Shown: positions 43,995-52,216 of the stretch, in pieces
Layout: each line of letters starts with the position of its first letter
How positions within the stretch are numbered: position 1 is the first letter of the stretch
From: Myxococcota bacterium
GTDB lineage: Bacteria; Myxococcota_A; UBA9160; UBA6930
Assembly (NCBI GenBank): GCA_965223415.1
Contig: OZ245002.1
Span: 1,440,001 to 1,504,000, forward strand
Reading direction: 5' to 3'
DNA: 64,000 nucleotides
Made by a program: the position numbers and the translations under genes
The notes under the pieces: model-generated
What the model was told of the DNA's origin: nothing
The model's database searches: none
Seen by the model: the letters and a program-made list of their open reading frames with translations, nothing else

Positions 43995-45080
43995 ATGGCC
44001 AAGATCCGCGTCGGCATCGTCTACGGCGGGCGCTCCGTCGAGCACGAGGTGTCCATCGCCTCGGCCACCTCGATCCTCCAGGCCCTGGACCCGTCCCGCT
44101 ACGAGGTGCAGCTGATCGCCATCTCGAAGGAGGGGCGCTGGCACCTGGGCGGACCGGACCTGCTCCCGGAGGCGGTCCTGGAAGCGGAGGAGGTGACCCT
44201 GCCCGCCGTACCCGGCGAGCGGCAGCTCGTTTCCGTGGAGCACGGCACGCCGGCCGCCCAGCTCGACGTGATCGTGCCGATCATCCACGGGACCGGTGGC
44301 GAGGACGGCACCCTCCAGGGCTTCCTCGAGCTGGCCGGCGTTCCCTACGTGGGCGCCGGCGTGCTGGGATCGGCGATCCAGATGGACAAGGAGGTGACGA
44401 AGCGCCTGCTCCAGGCGGCGGGCCTCCCGGTCGTGCCGGGCGCCTGCCTGCGCAAGCACGAAATCGAGGCCCGCCCGGAGGCCGCCGGCCAGGCCGCGCT
44501 TCGGGAGCTCGGCCTGCCGCTCTTCGTCAAGCCGGTCGGGCTCGGGTCCTCGGTGGGAATCTCCAAGGTCGAGCGCGCCGAGCAGCTCGGCCCGGCCCTC
44601 GAGGAGGCGGCGCGGTACGACGAGAAGGTCCTGATCGAGATGGGCGTCGACGCCCGGGAGATCGAGGTCGCGGTGCTGGGCAACGACGAGCCGGAGGCAT
44701 CCCTTCCGGGTGAGATCGTGCCCCACGCCGATTTCTACGACTACGAATCGAAGTATGTGGACGAGGCCACGGAGCTGCTGGTCCCGGCGCCGATCTCCGA
44801 GGCACTGACCGGCCGCCTGCAACAGCTGGCCGTCGAGGCCTTCCGCCTGCTGGAGGGCCGCGGCATGGCCCGCGTCGACTTCTTCGTCGACAAGGAGAGC
44901 GACGAGGTGTGGCTGAACGAGGTGAACAGCCTGCCGGGCTTCACGGAGGTCTCGATGTACCCCCGCCTGTGGCAGGCGTCGGGCCTGCCCTACCCCGCCC
45001 TGCTCGACCGCCTGATCGAGCTGGCCCTCGAGCGCTCCCGTCGCAGCCAGGCCCTGGAACGCAACTACCAGCGAGGTTAG
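43995..45080 (+). CDS. ddl: D-alanine--D-alanine ligase
   Basis: GGRSVEHEVS, HGTGGEDG, MDK, GSSVG, FYDYESKY, ARVDFF, NEVNSLPGFT..SMYP. Confidence 0.96.
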   Translation: MAKIRVGIVYGGRSVEHEVSIASATSILQALDPSRYEVQLIAISKEGRWHLGGPDLLPEAVLEAEEVTLPAVPGERQLVSVEHGTPAAQLDVIVPIIHGTGGEDGTLQGFLELAGVPYVGAGVLGSAIQMDKEVTKRLLQAAGLPVVPGACLRKHEIEARPEAAGQAALRELGLPLFVKPVGLGSSVGISKVERAEQLGPALEEAARYDEKVLIEMGVDAREIEVAVLGNDEPEASLPGEIVPHADFYDYESKYVDEATELLVPAPISEALTGRLQQLAVEAFRLLEGRGMARVDFFVDKESDEVWLNEVNSLPGFTEVSMYPRLWQASGLPYPALLDRLIELALERSRRSQALERNYQRG

Positions 45081-45084
45081 GCCG

Positions 45085-45489
45085 GTGAAGATCCTCGGCC
45101 TCGACCACGTCGTGCTGCGGGTCCGCGACCTCGAAGCCTCCCTCGCCTTCTACTGCGGGGCGCTCGGCTGCACGGAAGAGCGCCGCATCGACCAGCTGGG
45201 CCTGATCCAGCTGCGCGCCGGCGCCGCCCTGATCGACCTCGTCCCCGTCGACTCCCCCCTCGGCAAGGCCGGCGGCGCGCCCCCCGGCGAAGACGCCCGC
45301 AACCTCGACCACTTCGCCCTGCGCATCGAACCCTTCGAGCCCGACGAGCTGGCCGCCCACCTCGAGCGCCACGGCATCTCCCCCGGCGACGTCGCCGAAC
45401 GCTACGGCGCCGAAGGCGCCGGCCCCTCCATGTACATCCGCGACCCCGACGGCAACACCGTCGAGCTCAAAGGCTCCCCGTTGCGCTAG
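45085..45489 (+). CDS. VOC/glyoxalase family protein
   Basis: LDHVVLRV, DHFAL, RYGAEG.G.SMYIRDPDGNTVELK. Confidence 0.9.
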   Translation: MKILGLDHVVLRVRDLEASLAFYCGALGCTEERRIDQLGLIQLRAGAALIDLVPVDSPLGKAGGAPPGEDARNLDHFALRIEPFEPDELAAHLERHGISPGDVAERYGAEGAGPSMYIRDPDGNTVELKGSPLR

Positions 45490-45640
45490 GGAAGCTGTGC
45501 GCAAGCCACCCGGAGAGGGCGGAACAGCCATGAGGGGGGTGATCGGGATGAAGAAGCAGTAGACGTTTGCGTCGGAGGCGTGGGGCCGGAAGGGCAAGGT
45601 GGCGCGACGGGAGCATCTTCTGGCCGGGGGGAAGCCCTGG
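45490..45640 (+). mobile_element. IS5-family left-end relic
   Basis: CTAG (45486-45489) followed by GGAAGCTGTGCGCAAG, resembling the IS5 terminus GGAAGGTGCGAACAAG; degenerate transposase start follows. Confidence 0.6.
45548..45640 (+). pseudogene. IS5-family transposase N-terminal fragment with in-frame stop
   Basis: MKKQ*TFASEAWGRKGKVARREHLLA...PW parallels the IS5 InsH N-terminus (Q.TFA.......K.TR.E.FL......PW). Confidence 0.6.
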
Positions 45641-45822
45641 TGCCGTTCTCCTCTCTCCTTCGTCCGAGGGTCGGCGGGACGGCGACGACGCGATGTGGCG
45701 AGGTGCCCCTCCCCTCCGGGGTGCGGCAGAAAGGTGGATCCGTGCAGAAAACGGTTGGCACGACGCGACGACGAGCGCAGGATGGCCGGGTCGGGATCTC
45801 TGCACCGAGGGGGAGCGCCGAG

Positions 45823-46293
45823 ATGGAACACCCGGGCCGATGGCTCATGGGGATCGCCGTGGGGTTGGCGCTGACGGGCACACCGAGCGCCCTCGCGGCG
45901 GCCGATCTCTCCGGGGATCTCTCGACGGACTCGCGCATCGAGATGGTCGAGCAGGCGGGCGAGGGGCCCGATCGGGTCATCTCGATCAGCATGTCCACGC
46001 GGAACGGCGTGTCGACCATCGTCGTCGACAAGGACGGCACCTCGTCCAAGACGTCGATGCCTTCGCAGGAATGCATCGATCTCTGGACCTACCTCCTCGA
46101 GCGTGACGTCGGAAACATGGTCGACGCCCCCGTCGTGGACCCCATTCCCGATCAGTCGGTCTTCATCTTCACCTTCACGAACGGCTCGCAGAGCAACACC
46201 TTCTCTGCGTACGGCGTCGACTTCCTCGGGGACACCCGCTACCGCGAGATCGCACGGGCGATCATCGCGGCCGCCCGCAAGTACGGCCGGTAG
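45823..46293 (+). CDS. Hypothetical secreted protein (candidate protease inhibitor/partner)
   Basis: GAGGGGGAG SD; signal peptide ending ALA; about 130-aa mature alpha/beta domain. Confidence 0.7.
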   Translation: MEHPGRWLMGIAVGLALTGTPSALAAADLSGDLSTDSRIEMVEQAGEGPDRVISISMSTRNGVSTIVVDKDGTSSKTSMPSQECIDLWTYLLERDVGNMVDAPVVDPIPDQSVFIFTFTNGSQSNTFSAYGVDFLGDTRYREIARAIIAAARKYGR

Positions 46294-46328
46294 CGGGCCC
46301 GCCGAGGCCCTCCCGGGAGGATCGAGTC

Positions 46329-47987
46329 ATGTCGCATCACCGCACCCTTGCGTTCGTCTGCGCGGCCTGCCTGCTCACGGCCCCTGCGTCCGCGCTCAAC
46401 ACCACGGTGGTGGGCGCGCTCGGGGATCTCGACGGAAACGGCGACGGCGGCACCGGCGAGGCCGCGGTGCTCCAGACCGCCGTGAACTGCTGGGATGCCC
46501 GCATCACGACGAACCGGAACTTCACCCTGAACGTGAGCGGCGCGAGCCTGACGGGGCGTGGGGTCGGCTCGACCACGGCAGTCGTAGGCGGCGTTCCGAC
46601 GACCGGCATGATCATGATGGACAACGACGGCAGCGTGAACTGGTTCACGGATCCCACGCCCCTGGACAGCCTCGAGTTCACGCCCGACCCGAACGCGCAG
46701 TGGCGCTTCATCAACGGGACGGCTGCCTCGGGCGCCAACAACGCCGACCTGCTCCGCTCCGTGGCCCACGAGATCGGGCACGCCAACGGGTGGATCTGCG
46801 GGAACGCCGCCTGCAACCGGACGACGGACACGGCCAACTACGACGCCCTCATGGTGCCGCAGCCGGCCAACTTCGTGCTCAACACCACGGTCAATCTCGT
46901 GGCGAATCCCGGCTTCAACGTCCCCCTTCGCGGAGACGGACTGGTGGGCGGGATCGGTGCGGGCGGCGTCGTCAACGAGCTCAGCCACACGGGCCCGACC
47001 GGGCCCTTCAATGCCGTCGCGGATCTCATGTTCGGACGCACCGGCATCGCCATTCGCGAGACACCTTCGATGGTGAACGTGGACCTCTTCGCGAGGGCCT
47101 ACGGGGACACGGTGAACTTCCCGCTGACGGTGAATGCCGGAGCCGACATCGTCGCAGAGTGCTCGGAGCCCGGCGGTTCCACCGTCTCCCTGGACGGCAG
47201 CGGCTCCACGGACCCGGAGGGGGACACCCTCATCTACTCGTGGACCTGCAACACGGTGGTCCTCTCGGATACCGACACGGTCACCCCCGATGGCTTCTTC
47301 GCGAATGGCCAGACCGAGCAGTGCCGCCTCGACGCCACCGATCTGGCCGCCTGCTCGCCCGACGCGGACCTGGTGCAGGTGACCGTCGTCGACACGATGG
47401 ACCCGGACCTCACCGTGCCGCCCGACGTCACGGCCGAGTGCGCGTCACCCGGTGGGACCGCGGTCTCCATCGGCGGTGCCTTCGCCACCGACGCATGCGA
47501 CGACTTCGTGCAGATCTCGAACGACGCACCGGCCCTCTTCCCGCTGGGCGTGACCCCGGTAACCTGGACGGCGACGGACGACGACGGGAACACGATCACG
47601 AAGATCCAGCTCGTCACGATCGAGGACACCACGCCGCCCGTGGTCAGCGCCACCCTCGCCCCTGACTCGCTGTGGCCCCCCAACCATCGCCTCCACGCCG
47701 TCGCGGCGACCATCCAGGTCACCGACGTGTGCGACCCCGCTCCGACGGTGGTGCTCGCCTCCGCCGTGAGCAGCGAACCAGACAACGGGATCGGCGACGG
47801 CAACACCAACGACGACATCCAGGGGGCCGACATCGGCACCGACGATCGGGATCTCGAGCTGCGCGCCGAGCGCGACGGTCGCGGCCCGGGCCGGACCTAC
47901 ACCGTGGCCTACACGGCCTCCGACGCGAGCGGCAACCAGGCCAGCGCGGAGGACGACGTCCGCGTCGCCCACGACCGCGGGAAGTAG
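46329..47987 (+). CDS. Secreted zinc metalloprotease-like protein with PKD-like and HYR domains
   Basis: Signal peptide; VAHEIGHANG, distal ELSH and DLMF (possible third ligand and Met-turn); LDGSGSTDPEGDTLIYSW; FPLGVTPVTWTATD; LWPPNH...LRAERDG C-terminal module. Confidence 0.75.
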   Translation: MSHHRTLAFVCAACLLTAPASALNTTVVGALGDLDGNGDGGTGEAAVLQTAVNCWDARITTNRNFTLNVSGASLTGRGVGSTTAVVGGVPTTGMIMMDNDGSVNWFTDPTPLDSLEFTPDPNAQWRFINGTAASGANNADLLRSVAHEIGHANGWICGNAACNRTTDTANYDALMVPQPANFVLNTTVNLVANPGFNVPLRGDGLVGGIGAGGVVNELSHTGPTGPFNAVADLMFGRTGIAIRETPSMVNVDLFARAYGDTVNFPLTVNAGADIVAECSEPGGSTVSLDGSGSTDPEGDTLIYSWTCNTVVLSDTDTVTPDGFFANGQTEQCRLDATDLAACSPDADLVQVTVVDTMDPDLTVPPDVTAECASPGGTAVSIGGAFATDACDDFVQISNDAPALFPLGVTPVTWTATDDDGNTITKIQLVTIEDTTPPVVSATLAPDSLWPPNHRLHAVAATIQVTDVCDPAPTVVLASAVSSEPDNGIGDGNTNDDIQGADIGTDDRDLELRAERDGRGPGRTYTVAYTASDASGNQASAEDDVRVAHDRGK

Positions 47988-48102
47988 CCCCACGACGGGC
48001 CGAACACCCCCGGAACCGGGGTTTGACTCCAGGCCCGCCCGGGTTGCCGAGACCTCGCCTGCTCACGCGCCGGTAGCTCACTCGGTTCCGTTTATTGCGT
48101 TG

Positions 48103-48921
48103 TCAGGCTCCGGGCTTGCGGGCGCGGACGGAGTACATGAACGGGAGGCGCGGGCGGCCTTCGGGCATGCGGTAGATGCGGCGAAGGCCGGAGACTTCCT
48201 TCTCCAGGAAGGGGAAGCGGCCGAAGACGGAGAACTCGTGCTCCCGGAAGAGCTCGATGTGGAGCCCCATGTCGAGGAGCGCCGTGATCACGTGGCTCGT
48301 CGGGTGGATCCACTCGTAGGACTCGGTGTGCTCCGTGGTCTCGCCGGTCTCCGTGTAGGTGAGGCCTTCGTCGTCGAAGCGGTAGCCCTCGGGGCGGCCG
48401 AAGTAGTCGTACGCGATGTCGAAGGACTCGTCGGCCATCATGTCCGTGGCCGGGTGGAACTCGTTCAGGTAGAGGAAGCCGCCGGGACGCAGCAGCGCCT
48501 CGACGACCCGGGCCCAGCGCTCCACGTCCGGCAGCCAGTTGAGGGCGCCGCGGCCCGTGTAGACCACGTCGTAGGTCTCGCCGAGCGCTTCGACCGCGTC
48601 GTAGACGTTGGCGGCCACGAAGCGCGCGTCGATGCCGCACTCCTCCGCGAGCCGGCGCGCGGCCTCGATGCCGGCCTCGCTCAGATCCAGGCCGGTGACC
48701 CGCGCGCCGCGCCGGGCGCAGGCCAGGGCGTCCATCCCGAAGTGGCACTGGAGATGCACGAGATCGAGGCCGGCGATCTCTCCGGTCTCCTCCAGCTCGT
48801 AGTCGTGGAGGGTCGGCTCGCCCGCCTTGAACGCCTCGACGCCGTAGAAGTCGCTCCCCACGTGGATCGGAACCCGGTCGTTCCAGATCCTCCGGTTGGC
48901 CTCGAACCAGTCCTTGCGCAC
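48103..48921 (-). CDS. Class I SAM-dependent methyltransferase
   Basis: ANRRIWN, VHLQCHFG, VTGLDLS, YTGRGALNWLPD, LRPGG..EFHP. Confidence 0.88.
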   Translation of the reverse strand: MRKDWFEANRRIWNDRVPIHVGSDFYGVEAFKAGEPTLHDYELEETGEIAGLDLVHLQCHFGMDALACARRGARVTGLDLSEAGIEAARRLAEECGIDARFVAANVYDAVEALGETYDVVYTGRGALNWLPDVERWARVVEALLRPGGFLYLNEFHPATDMMADESFDIAYDYFGRPEGYRFDDEGLTYTETGETTEHTESYEWIHPTSHVITALLDMGLHIELFREHEFSVFGRFPFLEKEVSGLRRIYRMPEGRPRLPFMYSVRARKPGA

Positions 48922-48932
48922 CTCGCGTCTCC

Positions 48933-49961
48933 TCAGTCGGCCCCGGCCTTGCGCGCCCACACGTAGCGGGCCAGCCCCCCGGGCGCGATGGAGCGCGTGC
49001 CGACCTGGAGGAAGCCGAGCTCCTGCAGCTGGGCCTCGAGCTCGGCGGCGGCCGGAAGCCCGTGCAGGTTCGCGTGGGCGCGCAGGAAGAGATCGAAGGA
49101 AGCCATGGTCGCGCGGGCTCCCAGGGCGCGGGCCGCCGCCGTGCTGCTCACGACCGGCGTCTGGATGGCGAGGGTGCCGCCTTCCGCGAGGCACTCGTGA
49201 ACGCGCCCGATCAGGGCCATGCGCCCCGGAGCGTCGAAGTAGTGCAGGTTGTTGTTCAGGAGCGCCAGGTCGAAGGCGCCGCGGGGCAGATCGAGCTCGA
49301 GGAAGTCGCCCTCCAGGATCTCGCAGCGGCGGAACACCTCCGCAGCGCGCAGGCGCGTGCGCGCCTCCTCGGCGACCGCTCCGTCCAGCTCGACGCCGGT
49401 CGCGAGCGCATCCCGGTAGTGCACGAGCAGGTCCGCCAGGTAGCTCCCGGTGCCGCAGCCCACGTCGAGGATGCGTCGCGCTTCCCGTACGCCCGGAACC
49501 CGTCGCAGGGCGGCCAGCGCAGCCCGTTCGGTCATGCGCGAGCCCACGGCGACCCGCAGCGCCTCCTCCGGATTCTCCCCGAACACCGGCCGCTCCTCAC
49601 CGCGCAGCAGCTCGGGCAGACGATCCAACAGGGGCACGTAGGTGAGGGCCGCCTGGTCCAGCATGGCCCGCGCGGGCTCTGCATCCGGGCCATCCACCAG
49701 CCAGCGCAGGTAGGCGCCGAGAGCGTACTTGCCCTCCCGTTGCTCGAGGAAGCCATGAGCGTGAGAGGCGCGCAGCCACGCGGCGACGAGATCGAGGGGG
49801 GCGCCTCGCACTTCAGCGAGCTCCGCCGCGGTCATCGGCTCCCGCAGAGCCTCGAACAGGCCCGCGTGGAGACCGGCCCGCAGCACGCCGGCCTCGACCT
49901 GGGCCTGGAGGCTCGAAGCCAGCCGCCGCAGGTGGCGCATTCGCCCGAGCGGCCCGCTCAT
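48933..49961 (-). CDS. O-methyltransferase-like protein (wHTH dimerisation + SAM domain)
   Basis: GLFEAL...TAAELA N-terminal wHTH; ILDVGCGTG, GDFL, LAEGG. Confidence 0.8.
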   Translation of the reverse strand: MSGPLGRMRHLRRLASSLQAQVEAGVLRAGLHAGLFEALREPMTAAELAEVRGAPLDLVAAWLRASHAHGFLEQREGKYALGAYLRWLVDGPDAEPARAMLDQAALTYVPLLDRLPELLRGEERPVFGENPEEALRVAVGSRMTERAALAALRRVPGVREARRILDVGCGTGSYLADLLVHYRDALATGVELDGAVAEEARTRLRAAEVFRRCEILEGDFLELDLPRGAFDLALLNNNLHYFDAPGRMALIGRVHECLAEGGTLAIQTPVVSSTAAARALGARATMASFDLFLRAHANLHGLPAAAELEAQLQELGFLQVGTRSIAPGGLARYVWARKAGAD

Positions 49962-49962
49962 G

Positions 49963-52161
49963 TCAAGCGGGCTCGAGGTTCGCGTAGCGCACGACCACGG
50001 TCTTCATCCCCGCGTGGTCGAAGCGGATCCTCAGCTTCTGACCCGGGCCGCGACCCATCACCGCCTGGATCGTTCCGGCCCCGAAGACCGGATGGCGGAC
50101 CCGCTCGCCCACGGCGACGCCGGCCGCCGCCGTGCCGCCCTCCTCGGGCGCGGACTGGTCGTAGGAGTAGTCGTAGCGCCGGCCTTCGCTCTCCCAGGAG
50201 CGGGTGACGATCGACGTGCCCTTCTCCTCGACGAGCGCCTGGGGCACCTCGCGCAGGAAGCGCGATGCCGTACCGAAGGTGCGCGAGCCGAAGCGCCGGC
50301 GTTCGAGGGCGTGGGCGAGGGTCAGCTCCTCCATGGCGCGGGTCATCGCCACATAGCAGAGGCGCCGCTCCTCCTCGATCGCGCGCTCGTCGCGCATCGA
50401 GCCCTGGTGCGGGAACACACCCTCCTCCATGCCGATCACGAACACGACCGGGAACTCGAGGCCCTTGGCTGAGTGGGCGGTCATCAACGAGACGCGGTCG
50501 TCGCGCATCTCCGCCGAGTCGAGGTCGGAGACCAGGGCCACCTGGTCGAGGAAGAGCTCGACCAGGCTGCGCCCCTCGTCTTCGGGGCCGCGATTCGCCA
50601 CTTCGAAGTCTTCGGCGGAGGCCACCAGCTCGCGCAGGTTCTCGACCCGGTTCTCGGCCTCGGGGGTGGCCTCCTTCTCGAGGGCGCGCACGTAGCCGCT
50701 CTGGTCGAGCACCGCCGAGATCGCGTCGGCGGGCTCCCAGTGGGGGAGCCCCGCGGCCAGCTCGTTCACGAGGGTCAGGAAGGTCCCCACGCTCGAGCGC
50801 ACCCGTCCGCCGGCCTCCTCCGCGTAGGCGCGGAGGCCTTCGAGGAGTGAGGTCCCGCGCTGCTCCGCCCACGTCGCGGCGCGCTCGAGGGTCGTCTTGC
50901 CGACCCCCCGCGCCGGCCGGTTGACGATGCGGCGCAGCGCCATGTCGTCCTTCGGGTTCACCGCGAGGCGCAGGTAGGAGAGCGCGTCCTTCACCTCCGC
51001 CCGGTCGTAGAAGCGCACACCGCCGACCACCACGTAGGGCACGTCGTACTTGAGGAGCTCTTCCTCCACGGGTCGCGACTGGGCGTTCGTGCGATAGAAG
51101 ACCGCGTGCTGCCCGTAGGCGCGCTCGCCCTCCTTCACGCCCTCGAGGATGCAGCGCACCACGTAGGCGGCCTCGTCGCGCTCGTCCCGGGCCTGGTAGA
51201 GGACGATCGGATCGCCCTCCCCGCCCTCGGCGACCATCTTCTTGTCGGGGCGATCCGGGTTGTTCTCGACCACCGCGTCGGCGCCGGCCAGGATCCTCTG
51301 GGTCGAGCGGTAGTTGCGCTCGAGCTTCACGACCCGCGCGTCGGAGAAATCGCGCTCGAAGTCCAGGATGTTGCGGATGTCCGCCCCGCGCCAGCCGTAG
51401 ACCGACTGGTCCGGGTCGCCCACCACGCAGAGGTTCCGGTGGGGGCCGACCAGCTGGTGCACCAGCCGGTACTGGACGCGGTTCGTGTCCTGGTACTCGT
51501 CGACGAGCACGTACTGCCAGCGCTCCTGGTAATACCGCAGCACCTCGGGGAAGCGCTCGAAGAGCTGCACGGTCAGGAGCAGCAGGTCGCCGAAGTCCAG
51601 CGCGTTGGCCTCGGCCAGGAGCTTCTGGTAGGTGCCGTAGATCTCGGCACTCTGCTCCGCATCGAGATCGTTCGCCTTGGCCGCCGCCTCCGCCGGCAGC
51701 CAGCCCGCGTTCTTCCACTGGTCGATGCTCCAGGCGAGGCGCCGCGCCTCCTGGGTCTTCGGGTCGAAGGAGTGACGGCGCAGCGACTCCTTCACTACGC
51801 CGAGGGCATCCGCCTGGTCGTAGATGACGAAGCTGCGCTCGCGCCCGAGATGGCCGATCTCCCGGCGCAGGACCCGCACACAGGTAGAGTGGAAGGTCGA
51901 GAGCCAGACACCCTGGGAGTCGGGCCCGAGGAGCTTCTCGACCCGGTCGCGCATCTCGCCCGCCGCCTTGTTGGTGAAGGTGACCGCGAGGATGCCTTCC
52001 GGCGGGATGCCGCAGGCCCCGATCAGATAGGCGATGCGGTGGGTGAGGACGCGGGTCTTGCCGCTGCCGGCGCCGGCGAGCACGAGCAGCGGGCCCTCGG
52101 TGCACTCGACGGCGGCGCGCTGCTCCGGGTTCAGACCCTCGACGAGGGATTCGGCGAGCAC
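49963..52161 (-). CDS. pcrA: ATP-dependent DNA helicase PcrA/UvrD
   Basis: LNPEQ, AGAGSGKT, TFTNKAA, VDEYQD, VGDPDQS, NYRS, HSAKGLEF, EERRLCYVAMTRA, C-terminal VRHPVFG; start approximate. Confidence 0.95.
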   Translation of the reverse strand: MLAESLVEGLNPEQRAAVECTEGPLLVLAGAGSGKTRVLTHRIAYLIGACGIPPEGILAVTFTNKAAGEMRDRVEKLLGPDSQGVWLSTFHSTCVRVLRREIGHLGRERSFVIYDQADALGVVKESLRRHSFDPKTQEARRLAWSIDQWKNAGWLPAEAAAKANDLDAEQSAEIYGTYQKLLAEANALDFGDLLLLTVQLFERFPEVLRYYQERWQYVLVDEYQDTNRVQYRLVHQLVGPHRNLCVVGDPDQSVYGWRGADIRNILDFERDFSDARVVKLERNYRSTQRILAGADAVVENNPDRPDKKMVAEGGEGDPIVLYQARDERDEAAYVVRCILEGVKEGERAYGQHAVFYRTNAQSRPVEEELLKYDVPYVVVGGVRFYDRAEVKDALSYLRLAVNPKDDMALRRIVNRPARGVGKTTLERAATWAEQRGTSLLEGLRAYAEEAGGRVRSSVGTFLTLVNELAAGLPHWEPADAISAVLDQSGYVRALEKEATPEAENRVENLRELVASAEDFEVANRGPEDEGRSLVELFLDQVALVSDLDSAEMRDDRVSLMTAHSAKGLEFPVVFVIGMEEGVFPHQGSMRDERAIEEERRLCYVAMTRAMEELTLAHALERRRFGSRTFGTASRFLREVPQALVEEKGTSIVTRSWESEGRRYDYSYDQSAPEEGGTAAAGVAVGERVRHPVFGAGTIQAVMGRGPGQKLRIRFDHAGMKTVVVRYANLEPA

Positions 52162-52216
52162 GAGCGTGGGACTCTCCGAGGAGGAGGGGAGCGGGCAGTC
52201 GGCGCAACGTAGCGGA

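Noticed and set aside
43089..45080. larE + ddl + lutABC as a D-lactate / D-Ala-D-Lac vancomycin-resistance route
   Set aside because: The ligase omega loop is FYDYESKY (Tyr type), consistent with ordinary D-Ala-D-Ala specificity; no larA, vanH or vanX is present.
45755..45775. Sigma54 promoter (TTGGCACG) upstream of the secreted pair
   Set aside because: The -12 TTGC element is missing at the required spacing.
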